A stretch of 64,000 nucleotides of DNA from Octopus sinensis (Eukaryota). The translations under genes were made by a program, and so were the position numbers. Under the pieces are notes generated by a model, which was not told where the DNA came from, searched no databases, and saw only the letters and a program-made list of their open reading frames with translations. Shown here in pieces: positions 40,155 through 53,074 of the stretch. Within the stretch, counting starts at the first letter, position 1, and each line of letters starts with the position of its first letter. The stretch spans positions 50,778,001-50,842,000 of the forward strand of contig NC_043001.1 in NCBI RefSeq assembly GCF_006345805.1. The letters run 5' to 3'.

Positions 40155-40400
40155 TAAACCTTGATAGTTCAGTTATTTGGTGAAAAACATACCACCAAAG
40201 CAGAACTGAAGGATTCATTGGGTTAAGTTCTATCCTGGTTTTGATACAAGATTGAAACCATTTTGCTACATATATTCTTTTAATGATTTGCAAGGTGCAG
40301 GGAACTTTCTTTGGAAAGAGGCTTTTGTGAGCTGAAGTAAATAATAATTGAAACCATGATAATAAAAGCCTGTAGAAACAGCATGTATTTGAATTTTTTG

Positions 40401-40658
40401 TAACCTTTTAACATTTAAACTGGCTATATCCAGTCAAAATAGTCCAACCTTTTAACATTTAAACTGGCTATATCCAGTCAAAATAGTTCTATGTTCAAAC
40501 TGGTCAGATCTGGCTTCTCACACCAAGCTTACAATATTCTAAAAATTAAGTTACCTCATCAAGATCTCAAAGCTACAAGATAATGCATGATTCATTCAAA
40601 ACAATTCTAAATAAATAAGCATTAGTTTTGAACGAAACAGGTGAATGCTAAAGGGTTA
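40401..40658. mobile_element. MITE-like dispersed element with a 44-bp-period duplication at its 5' end
   Basis: Homolog of 22281-22510; ends gaatgctaaagggtta; 40402-40443 equals 40446-40487. Confidence 0.65.
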
Positions 40659-42552
40659 AACATCATCTGTATGAAGGAAGGAATTGCTACACATGTAATG
40701 ACATTAAAATTGCTATGTACCATGCATGATGTATCATGCTGTGAAGAAGTAAAACAGTTTAAAGCTGAAAGTGGTGGATGGTACAGTTATTGTGGCCATC
40801 ATATAAATATGGTGTGAGCCAATTTACCTGGACAAGTAAATATTTTTTATTACTCCCTCCTTTCTTAGAATTGAGTAAACTATATTGGTTTCAAATTTTG
40901 GCACAAGGCCAGCAATTTTGGAGGAGTGGGTAAGTTGATTACATTGGCTCTAGTATTTGTTTAACCAGTACTTCATTTTATTGACACTGAAAGGGTGAAA
41001 GACAAAGTCAACCTTGGCTGAATTTGAACTCAGAACAGAAAGACTGACGAAATACCACTTAGCATCTTGCCCGGGGTGCTAACCATTCTACCAGTTCGCT
41101 GCCTTATTCCTGTAAACTATATTACAACAATGCATGAAATGCTGTTAGCTTTTGTTGATTTATTTATTTAGGAAACTGAAAATATTTACTACTTAAAATA
41201 TCACAACTAGGGAAAGTTTTAGTTTTTAACGAAATGAAGGGAACTCACTTTTATAATTTTTGTATTAATATAAAACATTTATTTGGGACCACTACAGTAA
41301 TAAGACTTGTGTTATATGTCATGACTGTATTATATTGTTCACTGACCAAAGGTAGATAAAGCAAATAAAAGAATTTTTGTATGCAATATTTAATGAAAGT
41401 GGTTGGCTGAATTTGGCCCATGGGCTTTAGTTTGATTACTCTTGGTGTTGGGGAAAGACAAGTACATTAGTATTGCTCATTTCCCTTCTTCAAGCTTAAA
41501 GATAACAGCATTTTTTTCTTTTTGTTGGTTTGGTTTTGAGGAAGAGGCTGCATCTAGGGCATTCCCAGGCCCTTTCTGATGTTGATGACTGCTGGGGGTG
41601 GGGAATTCTAGAGGGTTGAAATTCTGATGAGAAAGGGCTGGACATAGTGGTTTGTGATTAGTACAATATGGGTAATGGGAGGAGGACTATGAGTGAATCA
41701 GGAATGCTTGAACAGAGCTGGTACGAGACTAGCAAGCTTAGAGAAGACTAGGCTACTGTAGAAAAGATAGAGAGAGGAAACAGTATGTCTTTGGACCAGT
41801 AATTGCATTGTGTTGGTGAGTGACTTCATGCATAACAATTGAGTGGTCTTTCTTAGTATGCATTCTTAGATGAGCTTGTGTGTAGCAAACATCATTTAAG
41901 ATGTGAGTCACAAAATGTTATTGCCTTTGATATAATTCAGTATGAGGTAAATTACACGATACATTGTTTTATTGGGCCATGATTGAAAGATTCCACTTCA
42001 TGAATTAATTGAAGGAAGGATGCAGAAGAATGGTTCCTTGTTGTCTTCTACAAGCCTTGTAAGCAGATTTAAGATCATCTAGTGCAAGCTAACAGTAGTA
42101 ATGAATATATTTGTCAATTTTGATGAATATAGTGAACGGCCTTCAGTTAAATATTCGGTAGTGGCAAGCCAACGAGAATCTCTGGTCAGCCATGCTTCTA
42201 AACATAAGTGAATATCCCTCAAATTATACTCCATCATCGTAAAAAATGGCAGGACACATTACATAATGTAATTTTAAAGATACTCTCTAAAAATAAGCTG
42301 GGAAGCTCATGGCTGGAATGTCTTTGACTAAAGTTAACCTAAGGCTAAACAATAACTTCCACAAGTAAATCCTGTTATAATGTTGTAGTCATTTTATTTC
42401 CTAGAAATTGCTAATCTCTCTATGGAAGGCTTGTATATCATACAAACTAATTTTCTTTGCATAAATGTGACATGTTCCAGTGTAAGGATTCAACCATTGA
42501 GCATATGCTATTGTTGTCCTACAGTAGTGAATGGGAAATGTACCCTGTAAAG

Positions 42553-42842
42553 CAGGGGTTCTTAACCGGAGCCCATGGATACAATATAGCAAGTTGGGGG
42601 TCTATTGTAATATTTGAGGGGCCATGAAAAAATTGTACTTCAGACTAGTAATGTTTATGTACAATAAATTGCTTATACATTCACAATACACAAAATATTT
42701 TAACAATTTTTATACAATGTCTAATAATATTTAATTATAAAAATACTATAGGATTTTTAAGCATTGAATGGCTATGGGGGGTCCACTCAAGTAAAATAGG
42801 AATCAAAGGGGTTCAAAGGTAAAAAATGTTTGAGAACCCCTG
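42553..42842. mobile_element. hAT-type MITE (290 bp)
   Basis: TIR caggggttcttaac / gtttgagaacccctg; 8-bp flanks ctgtaaag and ttctaaac (degenerate TSD). Confidence 0.65.
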
Positions 42843-43419
42843 TTCTAAACAATACATATTTTTACTGAAATAGTCAGTCTATATCGTGCATTTTGCATAA
42901 ACTGGTGAAGGAGCCCAACTTGTTAAATATAACAGCTGAATCTCTTTCATATTGTATCTTTTATCTTTAACCTGTTACAGTCATTGGACTGTGGCCATCT
43001 TCAGAAAAAAAAAAAAAACAGAGAGATTGAACACATTCAGTAATGTAATATTGGATGCTATACATACGAAGAAAAGACAAGAAGATTACAGCTGGGAAAG
43101 TTTTTGTCATCAGTCTGCTTCACTCAGTCAGAGCTGATCTGGGTATAAATGTCAACATGGGAACATAAACTGTTATCATCATCATCATCATCATCATCAT
43201 TGTTTTGGCATCCACTTTCCCATGCTTGCGTGAATCAGATGGAATCAGTTGAAGTAGATTTTTCATGGCTTGAAACCCTTCCTTTTGCCAATCCTCATCT
43301 GTTTCGAAGTAAGGTTAATATTTTCCCCCATAGTTAGACCTGCTTTTCACTAAAGGTTTTCACAAAAGTTAGGAAATAAATTATAATTTATTTCCTACTT
43401 TATGCTTGTAAACGAGCAT

Positions 43420-43800
43420 AATTATGTTTGTTTACAACCATTGCGCCATGTCAAGACAAGGGAACACACGCGCACATCTGTGTGTATATGTATGTATACA
43501 CATGTCTGTCTGTCTGTCTCTCTATAGGCTTCTTTCAGTTTCTGTCTACCAAAAACACTCACAAGGTTTTAGTTGTCCTGAGGCTATAGTAGATAACAAT
43601 GACCCAAGATGCTACCTTGTGGGACTGAACCCCAAACCAGATGGTTGTGAAGCAAGCTTTTTAACTGTACTGCATTGTTTGCATTTATCATCATCATCAT
43701 CATCATGATCATTTAACGTCCGTTTTCCGTGCTTGCATGGGTTGGACAGTTCAACCGGGGCCTGGGAAGCCAGGAGGCTGCACCAGGCTCCAATCTGAGT
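43420..43800 (-). mobile_element. SINE plus RTE-tail fragments
   Basis: ggctttctttcagtttctgtctacc...gggactgaaccc...gaagcaagc, then catcatgatcatttaacgtccgttttccgtgcttgcatgggttggacag. Confidence 0.7.
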
Positions 43801-44267
43801 GAGATGACAAACCATGAGATCTGTATCCTTTTTGGCTCAACCAACTGCTAATTTGTGTAATGCATTCAAGAGAAATGCTTAAAAGAGGAAAAACAAATAC
43901 AAAATTATCAGCCTAGTAGCAAAGCATTTTAATTGTTTTGGTGTCAATTACCTTGAATTTATTTTTAGTAACCAAATGTTGACAACTTGCAATAAAGGAG
44001 TGGTCCATTAGTTACAGGATTTAAACTAAAAAAAAACAAAACAAAAAAAAAAACAAATTTTGTTTTTAGGATGGTATCTTTGTTATAAGTGTTGTACATA
44101 AATAATTTAAAGACTTTGCTTGTAAGCATTGACCATCCTAGTTTGGGATTTGTTTTTCTTACTTGGTTTATTTAATTTCTGATCATGTGTCTTGTGATTG
44201 TAAGTTTTGCAATAGGTCACATGGTGAGTGTGACAAGGAGAGGCAAGGTTGGAGCTACTTGGATGTG

Positions 44268-44303
<36 letters not shown>

Positions 44304-45485
44304 AATAAGGTATTTTTTGTTCAGATGCACTGTTTATTAGTTATCATGCTGATGTATATAGCTTTCACCAGAATATGCAAGGGAAAGACACCACACACAC
44401 ACTACAGTGGGCTTCTTATATACAAATGCTTGAATTATTTCTTTTCCGTTTTCATGTTACATATTTTTTCATCCGGATGTATGTAGTTTTTTTAGTTTGA
44501 TTTTACATCCCAATTCCCAATCTTATGGAAGTGGGTACAGGGGTTTTATTTTTAAGCCAGTAAATTAAAATAAAGAGAAAAAGGAACAAAAACAAATTGC
44601 GCATGTGTGTTTAGTAAACAATAAAACAAAATAAAAAAACCAACTTAAACTGAACTTGGCATCAGAGCCATGGCTATTTGGGTTGGTTGAATATCAGCTT
44701 GCTTCTAAAATAGTCAATGACTCTTTTCCTGTTTTGCATTTTCATCCTTGCAAAATTATTTTCTCTGAAATATACAATATAATCTACATAAATATCCACT
44801 TTTTGTGGTTGGTGTTATGACATTGAAAATTTAAAAAAAATTCTACTTAATACCTAGTGCTTGATATTGAAGTCTGACGAGAAGAAGCCTAAATTACCAT
44901 TAAAGGAAAGCAGCTGTAATATGTCATGTAATGGACTAATAAGAAGAATCTTTTGTGCCGGATTTCCTGGATTGTCAGAAGAAAGTTGTTTTCATTATCT
45001 GTAAAAATTATTGGTCTTTCTTTAGTCCTTATGTTTTTACATGGGGGATATATTCAATGTTAAAATCAACTCTTTCCAACCTCTTCCATTCAATTTACAT
45101 ATAAAACTGTTTCTCAGATTTTTTTGCTATCATTCCACCTCCTTTCTTTTACTAATACTTTTACCCCCCCCCCCCTGGCTAAAATCCATTAGAATTAAAT
45201 GCATGCACATAGCTTTTGCTTGTTTCAGTCACTGGCTGTAGCCATGCTGGGGTACCACCTTGAAGGCTTTAGTCAAGCAATCAAACCCTGTACTCATTTT
45301 TAAAGTCTGGTACTTAATTTGTCTCTTTTTCTGAAAGGGACATAAGCAAACCAACAGCAGTTGTCATGTGGTTGTGATAGTGGTGGGGGACAAACACTAA
45401 GACACATATATATTATACACACTCCAGTTGGAACATTACCTAATACCACAGTTGCAGTGGCCATCATTATTACATGCATAGAAAT

Positions 45486-46126
45486 AATCATCATCATCAT
45501 CATTATCATCGTTTAATGCCTGCTCCCCATGCTGGCTTGGGTTGGACGATTTGACATGGAGCTGGCTTGCAGGGAGCTGTCCAGGCTCCAGCTGTCTGTT
45601 GTGGCATGGTTTCTACAGCTGGATGCACTTCCTTATACCAACCACTTAACAGTGTGCTGGGTGCCTTTTACGTGCCATTGGCATGGGTGCATTTACACAA
45701 CACTGGCCCAGGTGCTTTTTATGTGGCACTGGCCCCTGAAAGGACAAGCCTGTATGTGTGGAAGATAGCGATTTTACTTAGCTTGACATGTCTTGTCAAG
45801 TGCAGCAAATCACCACATCTCCCAGTCCCTGGTCATTTCCTCAGTGAGGCCCAGCATCCTAAGATCCTTTCTCATCACTTCATCTCACGTCTTCCTGTGT
45901 CTACCCTTTCCACAGGTACCCTCCGTAATTAGAGCTAGGTACTTCTTTATGCAGCTGTCCCCATCCATACACATTACATGACCAAACCAGTACAGTCTTC
46001 TCTCTCTTGCGCACAACATATGATTCCTCTTATATACAGTTTTCCTCTTAAATCTTTTACATTGTGTCGTGCATGCACACTGACATTACCCATCCAGCAG
46101 AGCATGCTAGCTTCATTTCTTTCAAG
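45486..46126 (-). mobile_element. RTE LINE 3' end with (GAT)n tail
   Basis: Minus-strand LERNEASMLCWMGNVSVHAR...LRGKLYIRGI (ORF 45974-46168) leading into the shared 3' tail. Confidence 0.8.
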
Positions 46127-46358
46127 CATTACCCATCCAGTGGAGCATGCTAGCTTCATTTCTTTCAAACACTACCCATCCAGTGGACCATGCTTGCTTC
46201 ATTTCTTTTAAACACTACCCATCCAGTGGACCATGCTAGCTTCATTTCTTTCAAACACTACCTATCCAGTGGACCATGCTAGCTTCATTTCTTTCAAACA
46301 TTACCCATCCAGTGGAGCATGCTAACTTTGTTTCTTTTAAAAATTACCCATCCAGTGG
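46084..46358. repeat. 43-bp minisatellite, about 6.4 units
   Basis: ca(t/c)tacccatccagtgga(g/c)catgctagcttcatttctttcaaa, with units starting at 46084, 46127, 46170, 46213, 46256, 46299 and 46342. Confidence 0.9.
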
Positions 46359-47851
46359 CAAATGCAAGACATTACCCAACATTAGTTTATAATTTAACTA
46401 CATAGTATATATTTGGTTTTGTTTCAGTCAGTTATTACTGTTATTATTGTTCATGCTGTCTTAGTTATTGTCTTTCTTGTAACTACGGCTAACATGCACT
46501 TTATCATACTATTACATTGAAATGTTTTCTACAATTAATTAATTAAGAGACAAAAACTAAAATAAAGCTGTACAGATGTATTTATTACAACCCCTGTCCC
46601 CTATCATTGCTTCTTTTGTTCTCAGCATTCCTATACAATTTATCATTGTTTACTCTGAGAAGCACTGATATAGAAAATTAAACATGATTTCTATACTAAT
46701 AGATTTTTGCATATCTGGATCTACAAATATCTTTCAAATAGCTTGAAATAAAAGGCACTGAGCCTGAAATAAATAAACAGTATAGTCATAATTGGAACAT
46801 ATTTAATTATAAGTCAGCTTGCCAGGATCTAAACAACAACTTTTCATTACTTCATGATAAAGGATGGGTTAATCTAAAAATGGTTCAGATGAGTGGCAGC
46901 AGGCATTATATGACTTGAGTTAATTTTTTTCAAGGTTTGGTGCTGTTCTTAAGTATATTTGTTTGTCAGAGATGTAAGAGAATCTCGAATTCTTGGATTT
47001 AAAAGTATTTTGAATGTTTTAAATCATCATCATTATCATTTAACATCCGGTTTTCATGCTGGCATTGATTGGACAGATTTGACAGGATTCAATGAGCCAG
47101 AGGACTATTTTAAGCTGCAATGTCTGTTTTTGAATGGTTTCTGTGGCTGGATGCATGTCTGTCACTGAAGGGTGCGCTGGATGGCACTTCCCCCTCACTA
47201 TTTAATGGTTCACCCTCAGATTTACAGTGACACACTTATTTTGAAACTCCACTTTAGTATCAATACAAATAAGTGCCCACCCCAAATATTTTAAAGCACC
47301 CCCAGGTACCAAAGTTTGGCGATGGGCCTGGCTGGATGCCCTTCCCAACCTCATTACATTTCTCATGACACCAGCTCCAGTGAGGTCAGTAAGTAACTTG
47401 CAGCACAAAGAAAAAGACTTCTTGAGTGATTATAATAAAGAGGGAAGTAGCTTTATGTCACATGTTAAGAGTTAAAATATTATAGAGGAACTGGCACCAG
47501 TGTCTTGCTATAGAGGTGATACTTGGTTATGTCACATTAGATAAAGATGGGTGCAAGTAGTTGGGTAGATGGCGGTGATGAGGTATCAGAGTGAACTATC
47601 AAAATATGAGAAGGTAAATATAAGTGAGAATGTGGACAAAAAATTAGTAACGGTAAGTAGATATATTCATTAGAGCATGAGAGGAGAGTGACAGATGGTT
47701 AAAGATGGATGTAGGGGTTAAACAGAGTGAACAGAAGAAGGGTTGAGATTTAGTCAGAGGAGAATGTCAGTATGGAGGTGGGAGGTGAAGCATTATGAGT
47801 GGCAGAGGAAGGTGATAAGTGGCAATACAGGAAGGGAAGTAAGTAGCAGTA

Positions 47852-49170
47852 CTATACAATTTATCATTGTTTACTCTGAGAAGCACTGATATAGAAAATT
47901 AAACATGATTTCTATACTAATAGATTTTTGCATATCTGGATCTACAAATATCTTTCAAATAGCTTGAAATAAAAGGCACTGAGCCTGAAATAAATAAACA
48001 GTATAGTCATAATTGGAACATATTTAATTATAAGTCAGCTTGCCAGGATCTAAACAACAACTTTTCATTACTTCATGATAAAGGATGGGTTAATCTAAAA
48101 ATGGTTCAGATGAGTGGCAGCAGGCATTATATGTTGCATCAGAAGAAGGTTATGGTGACTGTTTGGTGGTCTGCAGCCAGTCTCATCCATTGCAGCTTTT
48201 TGGATCCAGGTGAAACCATTACGGTGGAGAAGTACTGTCAGTAAATGGATGAAATGCATAAGAAACTCTGACAACAACAGCCAGCATTGGTCAATAGAAA
48301 AGGACCAATTCTTCTCCATGACAACGCTCAGCCGCACGTCGCACAACTGACCCTGCAGAAGTTGAACTAATTGGGCTACGAAACTCTGCTTCATTCGCCA
48401 TACTCACCAGACCTCTTGCCTACCAACTACCACTTTTTCAAGCATCTTGACAACTTCTTGTATGAGAAACGCTTAAAAACCAAGATGATGCCAATCATGC
48501 CTTCAACTTCATCACCACCAGAATGTAGGATTTTTATGTTACTGGCAGAAATAAACTTGTTTCGCATTGACAAAAGTCTACTGATTCTGACGGCATTTAT
48601 TTCGATTAATAAAGCTTTGTTTGAGTCAAGAATTTAAAGGTTAAAAACCACAAGAACTTTCTTAGAATCTCGTTTGTTTTCCTGCTAACTAGAACTTTGG
48701 TCTTAGCTAAGATAATTGCAAAGTTTACTAATTCAAGGTTTTGCTGCTACACCTGGAATTTCTTTTCTAATTTTACTACAGATGCAGCTAGAAGAACAAA
48801 ATCATCAGCATATAGTAGTTCCCAAAGACAGTCAGTTTTAAAATTCTCTTCTATAGCCTGGAGGACTATGATGAATAGGAAGGCTCTCAGAACAGATTTC
48901 GCCTATAGTTCATGAAAACTTCTTAACTGTACAACCATGTCTATAGCATGCCTTGCAAAAACATAATCAAGGGCTAAGGCAGCATTGGACAAAGTTAAAA
49001 GAACTAGCCTCCTTATTATCCTGAATACACTCAGTCAAAAAGATTTGTTAGTAAGTTTATTATAAATATCTAAGTCTAGGTGTTAATTTTATTATTTTTT
49101 TAAATTAGAGGCTTCTTTAATCAACTGAGAGAACCAATATTTAGTTTTGGAACATAGATCATAAAGGAGA
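47852..49170. repeat. Three-piece chimeric duplication of neighbouring sequence
   Basis: 47852-48133 = 46631-46912; 48133-48663 = 50800-51331 (one A indel); 48662-49170 = 51702-52210. Confidence 0.9.
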
Positions 49171-49689
49171 TTAGTAAATATGGAGATAATGTGCTGGGGT
49201 TGGTGGTGGGAGAGAGATGTATGGTGATGAATGTTAGCAGTATGTAGTGAGGTGACCCTAGTGAGTGGGGGATAAAGTTAGGCTGAGAGCATTAACAGCA
49301 GATGTGACAAGGTGAGGAGAATGATAGCAAATGAGGGGAGGTGTTAAAGATTAAATATGACAGTTCTAAAATGTATCTCATAGTTGAAGGAAAGATACCT
49401 TGAAGCACAAAGAAGTGTAATCAGTGGAAGATAAAGGGGAAAAGGATAAGAATGAGCGATATATTTCAAAAGGGAATGGTTCCAAAGGAGGTGGAATAAC
49501 TATAGCACAAAAGGGGATGAAATATGTGTATATCTGCTCTCATGTGATCATAGCAACTGAATAGCATCATAGTTAGAAGAGTGGCGATTGGAAGATGAAA
49601 AAATGGCAAACGCTTGAAGGGACAGATTCGGTGTAGGAGCAGGGCCCAGTTAGTGCATAGATGTGTATATACTGCTTTTAGGACTTCTC

Positions 49690-52060
49690 ATTCATTGAAA
49701 TTGATAGTTCTTGAGCACATCAAGTTTCCAATAATCTTGGTTTTTTTGTCATCTCCTCTTTGAAGCTCAGCATTTTGAGATCAGCCCTCACTATTCCATC
49801 AATGTTTTCCTGGGACTTTCTCTTCCACAACTTCCATCATTAATGATTGGCAATTCTTTATAAAGCTGTTCTCAGCTCTACATGTCATATGACCATACCA
49901 GTGCAGTTTTCTCTCTTGCACATCACATCTAATTTCTCTTATGCTCAATTTTTCTCTATCAAATTTGTACTCTGTTGTTCATAAACACTGATATTGCACA
50001 TTCAATGGAGCATACTAACTTCATTTCTTTCTTGTCTTCATTTGTCCTCTGTATTCATGACCCACATCTCACAACTAAGAAGCACTGCTGTTTGTACATA
50101 TACCATCAATTAGGTTGTCAAGAAAGTTCCTGCGGAATTTAAAATTTTGATTTTAAATGATGTATTTTCAAATAAATTTTCGTTAAATTACTTTGAATTT
50201 ATATATCATTTTAAAGCCCGTTTTTCGCTCTATCTGATCGTGTTACACTTTTTCTTTTTAAATAATTAGGCCATTTTTTTTCTGGAATGTTGAATACAAC
50301 ATGGACAAAAAGCAAATTCATACAATTTTCTTATTCCAGTTCAATCTAGGCTGAAAAGCTGCTGAAACAGCTCGCGATATCAATGGTGTGTTTGGCTCAT
50401 GAACGTACAGCACAATGGTGGTTCAAGAAATTTTGTAGCAGTGACGAGAGTCTTGAAGATGATAAGCATAGTGGTCAGCCTTAGTTGAAGCCAATCAACG
50501 CACAACTGTTCGAGAGCTTGCTTCTGAATTAGGCGTAATGTATAAAACAATTTCCAACCATTTAAAAAAGATTGGAAAAACAAAAATACTTGAGAAATGG
50601 GTGCTACATGAATTGAACGACAACCAAAAAAAAACCACTGTTTTGAAGTGTTGTTTTCCCTGCTTTTACACAACAAGAATGACCCATTTCTTGTCCAGAT
50701 TGTGACTTGCGATGAAAAGTAGATTCTTTATGACAACCAGCGATGCTCAGCTCAGTGATTGGACGCTGACGAAGCTTCACAGCACTTCCCGAAGCCAAAG
50801 TTGCATCAGAAGAAGGTTATGGTGACTGTTTGGTGGTCTGCAGCCAGTCTCATCCATTGCAGCTTTTTGGATCCAGGTGAAACCATTACGGTGGAGAAGT
50901 ACTGTCAGTAAATGGATGAAATGCATAAGAAACTCTGACAACAACAGCCAGCATTGGTCAATAGAAAAGGACCAATTCTTCTCCATGACAACGCTCAGCC
51001 GCACGTCGCACAACTGACCCTGCAGAAGTTGAACTAATTGGGCTACGAAACTCTGCTTCATTCGCCATACTCACCAGACCTCTTGCCTACCAACTACCAC
51101 TTTTTCAAGCATCTTGACAACTTCTTGTATGAGAAACGCTTAAAAAACCAAGATGATGCCAATCATGCCTTCAACTTCATCACCACCAGAATGTAGGATT
51201 TTTATGTTACTGGCAGAAATAAACTTGTTTCGCATTGACAAAAGTCTACTGATTCTGACGGCATTTATTTCGATTAATAAAGCTTTGTTTGAGTCAAGAA
51301 TTTAAAGGTTAAAAACCACAAGAACTTTCTTGACAGCCTAATACTTTTCACGCTGAAACGCCTTTTTCTCACCAACAAAGGTAATAGCTCTCTGAACTGC
51401 CTCCATTGTCTTCTTATTCTAATAACTTTACTTTCAGAACATCTTCCACCACTGCTAATTTGGTCACATAGGTAACAAAAGCTACTACTTTTAGGGAACC
51501 TTCTGGACGTACAAGAAACTCTATTTCCCCTGTGTTCTTAATGTTTATTATTCCTGTGCATCTGCCTCATACAAAGGCTACTTTCTCTGTTAATGTTCCT
51601 AGGATTCCACTGCACTGCATAGCTTGCAGTGAGCATACCAGATGGAATTTCCATCTACACCTTGCATACATATCAAAACAGAACCATTTTCCTGAAAGGA
51701 GTTAGAATCTCGTTTGTTTTCCTGCTAACTAGAACTTTGGTCTTAGCTAAGATAATTGCAAAGTTTACTAATTCAAGGTTTTGCTGCTACACCTGGAATT
51801 TCTTTTCTAATTTTACTACAGATGCAGCTAGAAGAACAAAATCATCAGCATATAGTAGTTCCCAAAGACAGTCAGTTTTAAAATTCTCTTCTATAGCCTG
51901 GAGGACTATGATGAATAGGAAGGCTCTCAGAACAGATTTCGCCTATAGTTCATGAAAACTTCTTAACTGTACAACCATGTCTATAGCATGCCTTGCAAAA
52001 ACATAATCAAGGGCTAAGGCAGCATTGGACAAAGTTAAAAGAACTAGCCTCCTTATTATC
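49690..52060 (-). mobile_element. RTE LINE (RT domain and 3' region), interrupted by a mariner
   Basis: Minus strand LFIIVLQAIEENFKTDCLWELLYADDFVLL...AKTKVLVSRK near 51720-51920 (YADD motif). PLLVRKRRFSVK..CTK continues across the mariner insertion. Confidence 0.8.
50111..51340 (+). mobile_element. Full-length defective mariner with TIRs
   Basis: TA-ggttgtcaagaaagttcctgcgg / ccacaagaactttcttgacagcc-TA (3 mismatches). Transposase from 50301 (MDKKQIHTIFLFQF...WVLHEL...IVTCDEK...ILLHDNA...YSPDL) to stop at 51275-51277, with stops and frameshifts. Confidence 0.9.
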
Positions 52061-52559
52061 CTGAATACACTCAGTCAAAAAGATTTGTTAGTAAGTTTAT
52101 TATAAATATCTAAGTCTAGGTGTTAATTTTATTATTTTTTTAAATTAGAGGCTTCTTTAATCAACTGAGAGAACCAATATTTAGTTTTGGAACATAGATC
52201 ATAAAGGAGAATGAACAATGGAGGCAAATTTGTTAGGATATCTAATCCACTGGTTAAAGGGAAGTAACTCAAAAAATACAACAATCAATCTCGTATACAA
52301 CCGCTCCGTTTTTCTGTCATCATGTTATCTATGAATTTTAAAGTTTATTTTGTGACAGCCTTTTAGGTGAACTTACTATTGTAATATTTACAATAGTATG
52401 TTCACCTAGTAATATATTTTTTAACATTCCTCCATTATTACACCCTACAAAATGTGTTTAAATGCTATCATAAATTTCTCAGTGTAATTTCAAGGAATCA
52501 AGATGGTTATGTGTTATATTATTTTCGACATTTCTATTGTTGAGATGGTACTAAACATA

Positions 52560-53040
52560 GAATGATAAAATGAATTATGAGCTATTCAGTTTCAAGGAAG
52601 GCAACTGGTTTATTAGACATCCTCAGCATTATCCACCATCTTTCCAACAACAACAACCTTCGACACCTTTTTCAATTCTATTTATCTTACACTTGTGGAC
52701 ATGCTTACAGAATAAAAAAAACAACAAAAAAACAACACAACACCCATGACTTTCGGAAACATTTTTTTCACACAGAATTGCTGAAACATGGAATAAACTA
52801 CCCACATCTGTTGTTAGCTGTCGGAACACTACATCTTTGTAAAACCTCCATGCTTCTTGAAATTTGCTAACAATACACCTGATGCCCCCTACCTCGGTTT
52901 TCTTTCCCCCTTTTTTTAAAGACTTATTCACTGTTCCACCTCCTCTCCATATTCACCGTATTGTTCATGCAGTTTGGTTACCTTTTCTAATTAGTAGTAG
53001 TGCACTTGAGCACTGAATACAATATGTTCATTAGTATTAT
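52560..53040 (+). mobile_element. CR1-type LINE 3' end
   Basis: LRHLFQFYLSYTCGHAYRIKK...HDFRKHFF, then ETWNKLPTSVVSCR after a frameshift; matches the CR1 C-terminal pattern (RGH..KL...R..FF..RV..WN.LP..VV). Confidence 0.7.
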
Positions 53041-53074
53041 TATATATATTATGATTGCTCTTTACTCTTTACGG

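Noticed and set aside
46913-50109. Equal 939-nt spacers on both sides of the chimeric insertion
   Set aside because: The right boundary is the mariner end, which is not a breakpoint of the duplication; treated as coincidence.
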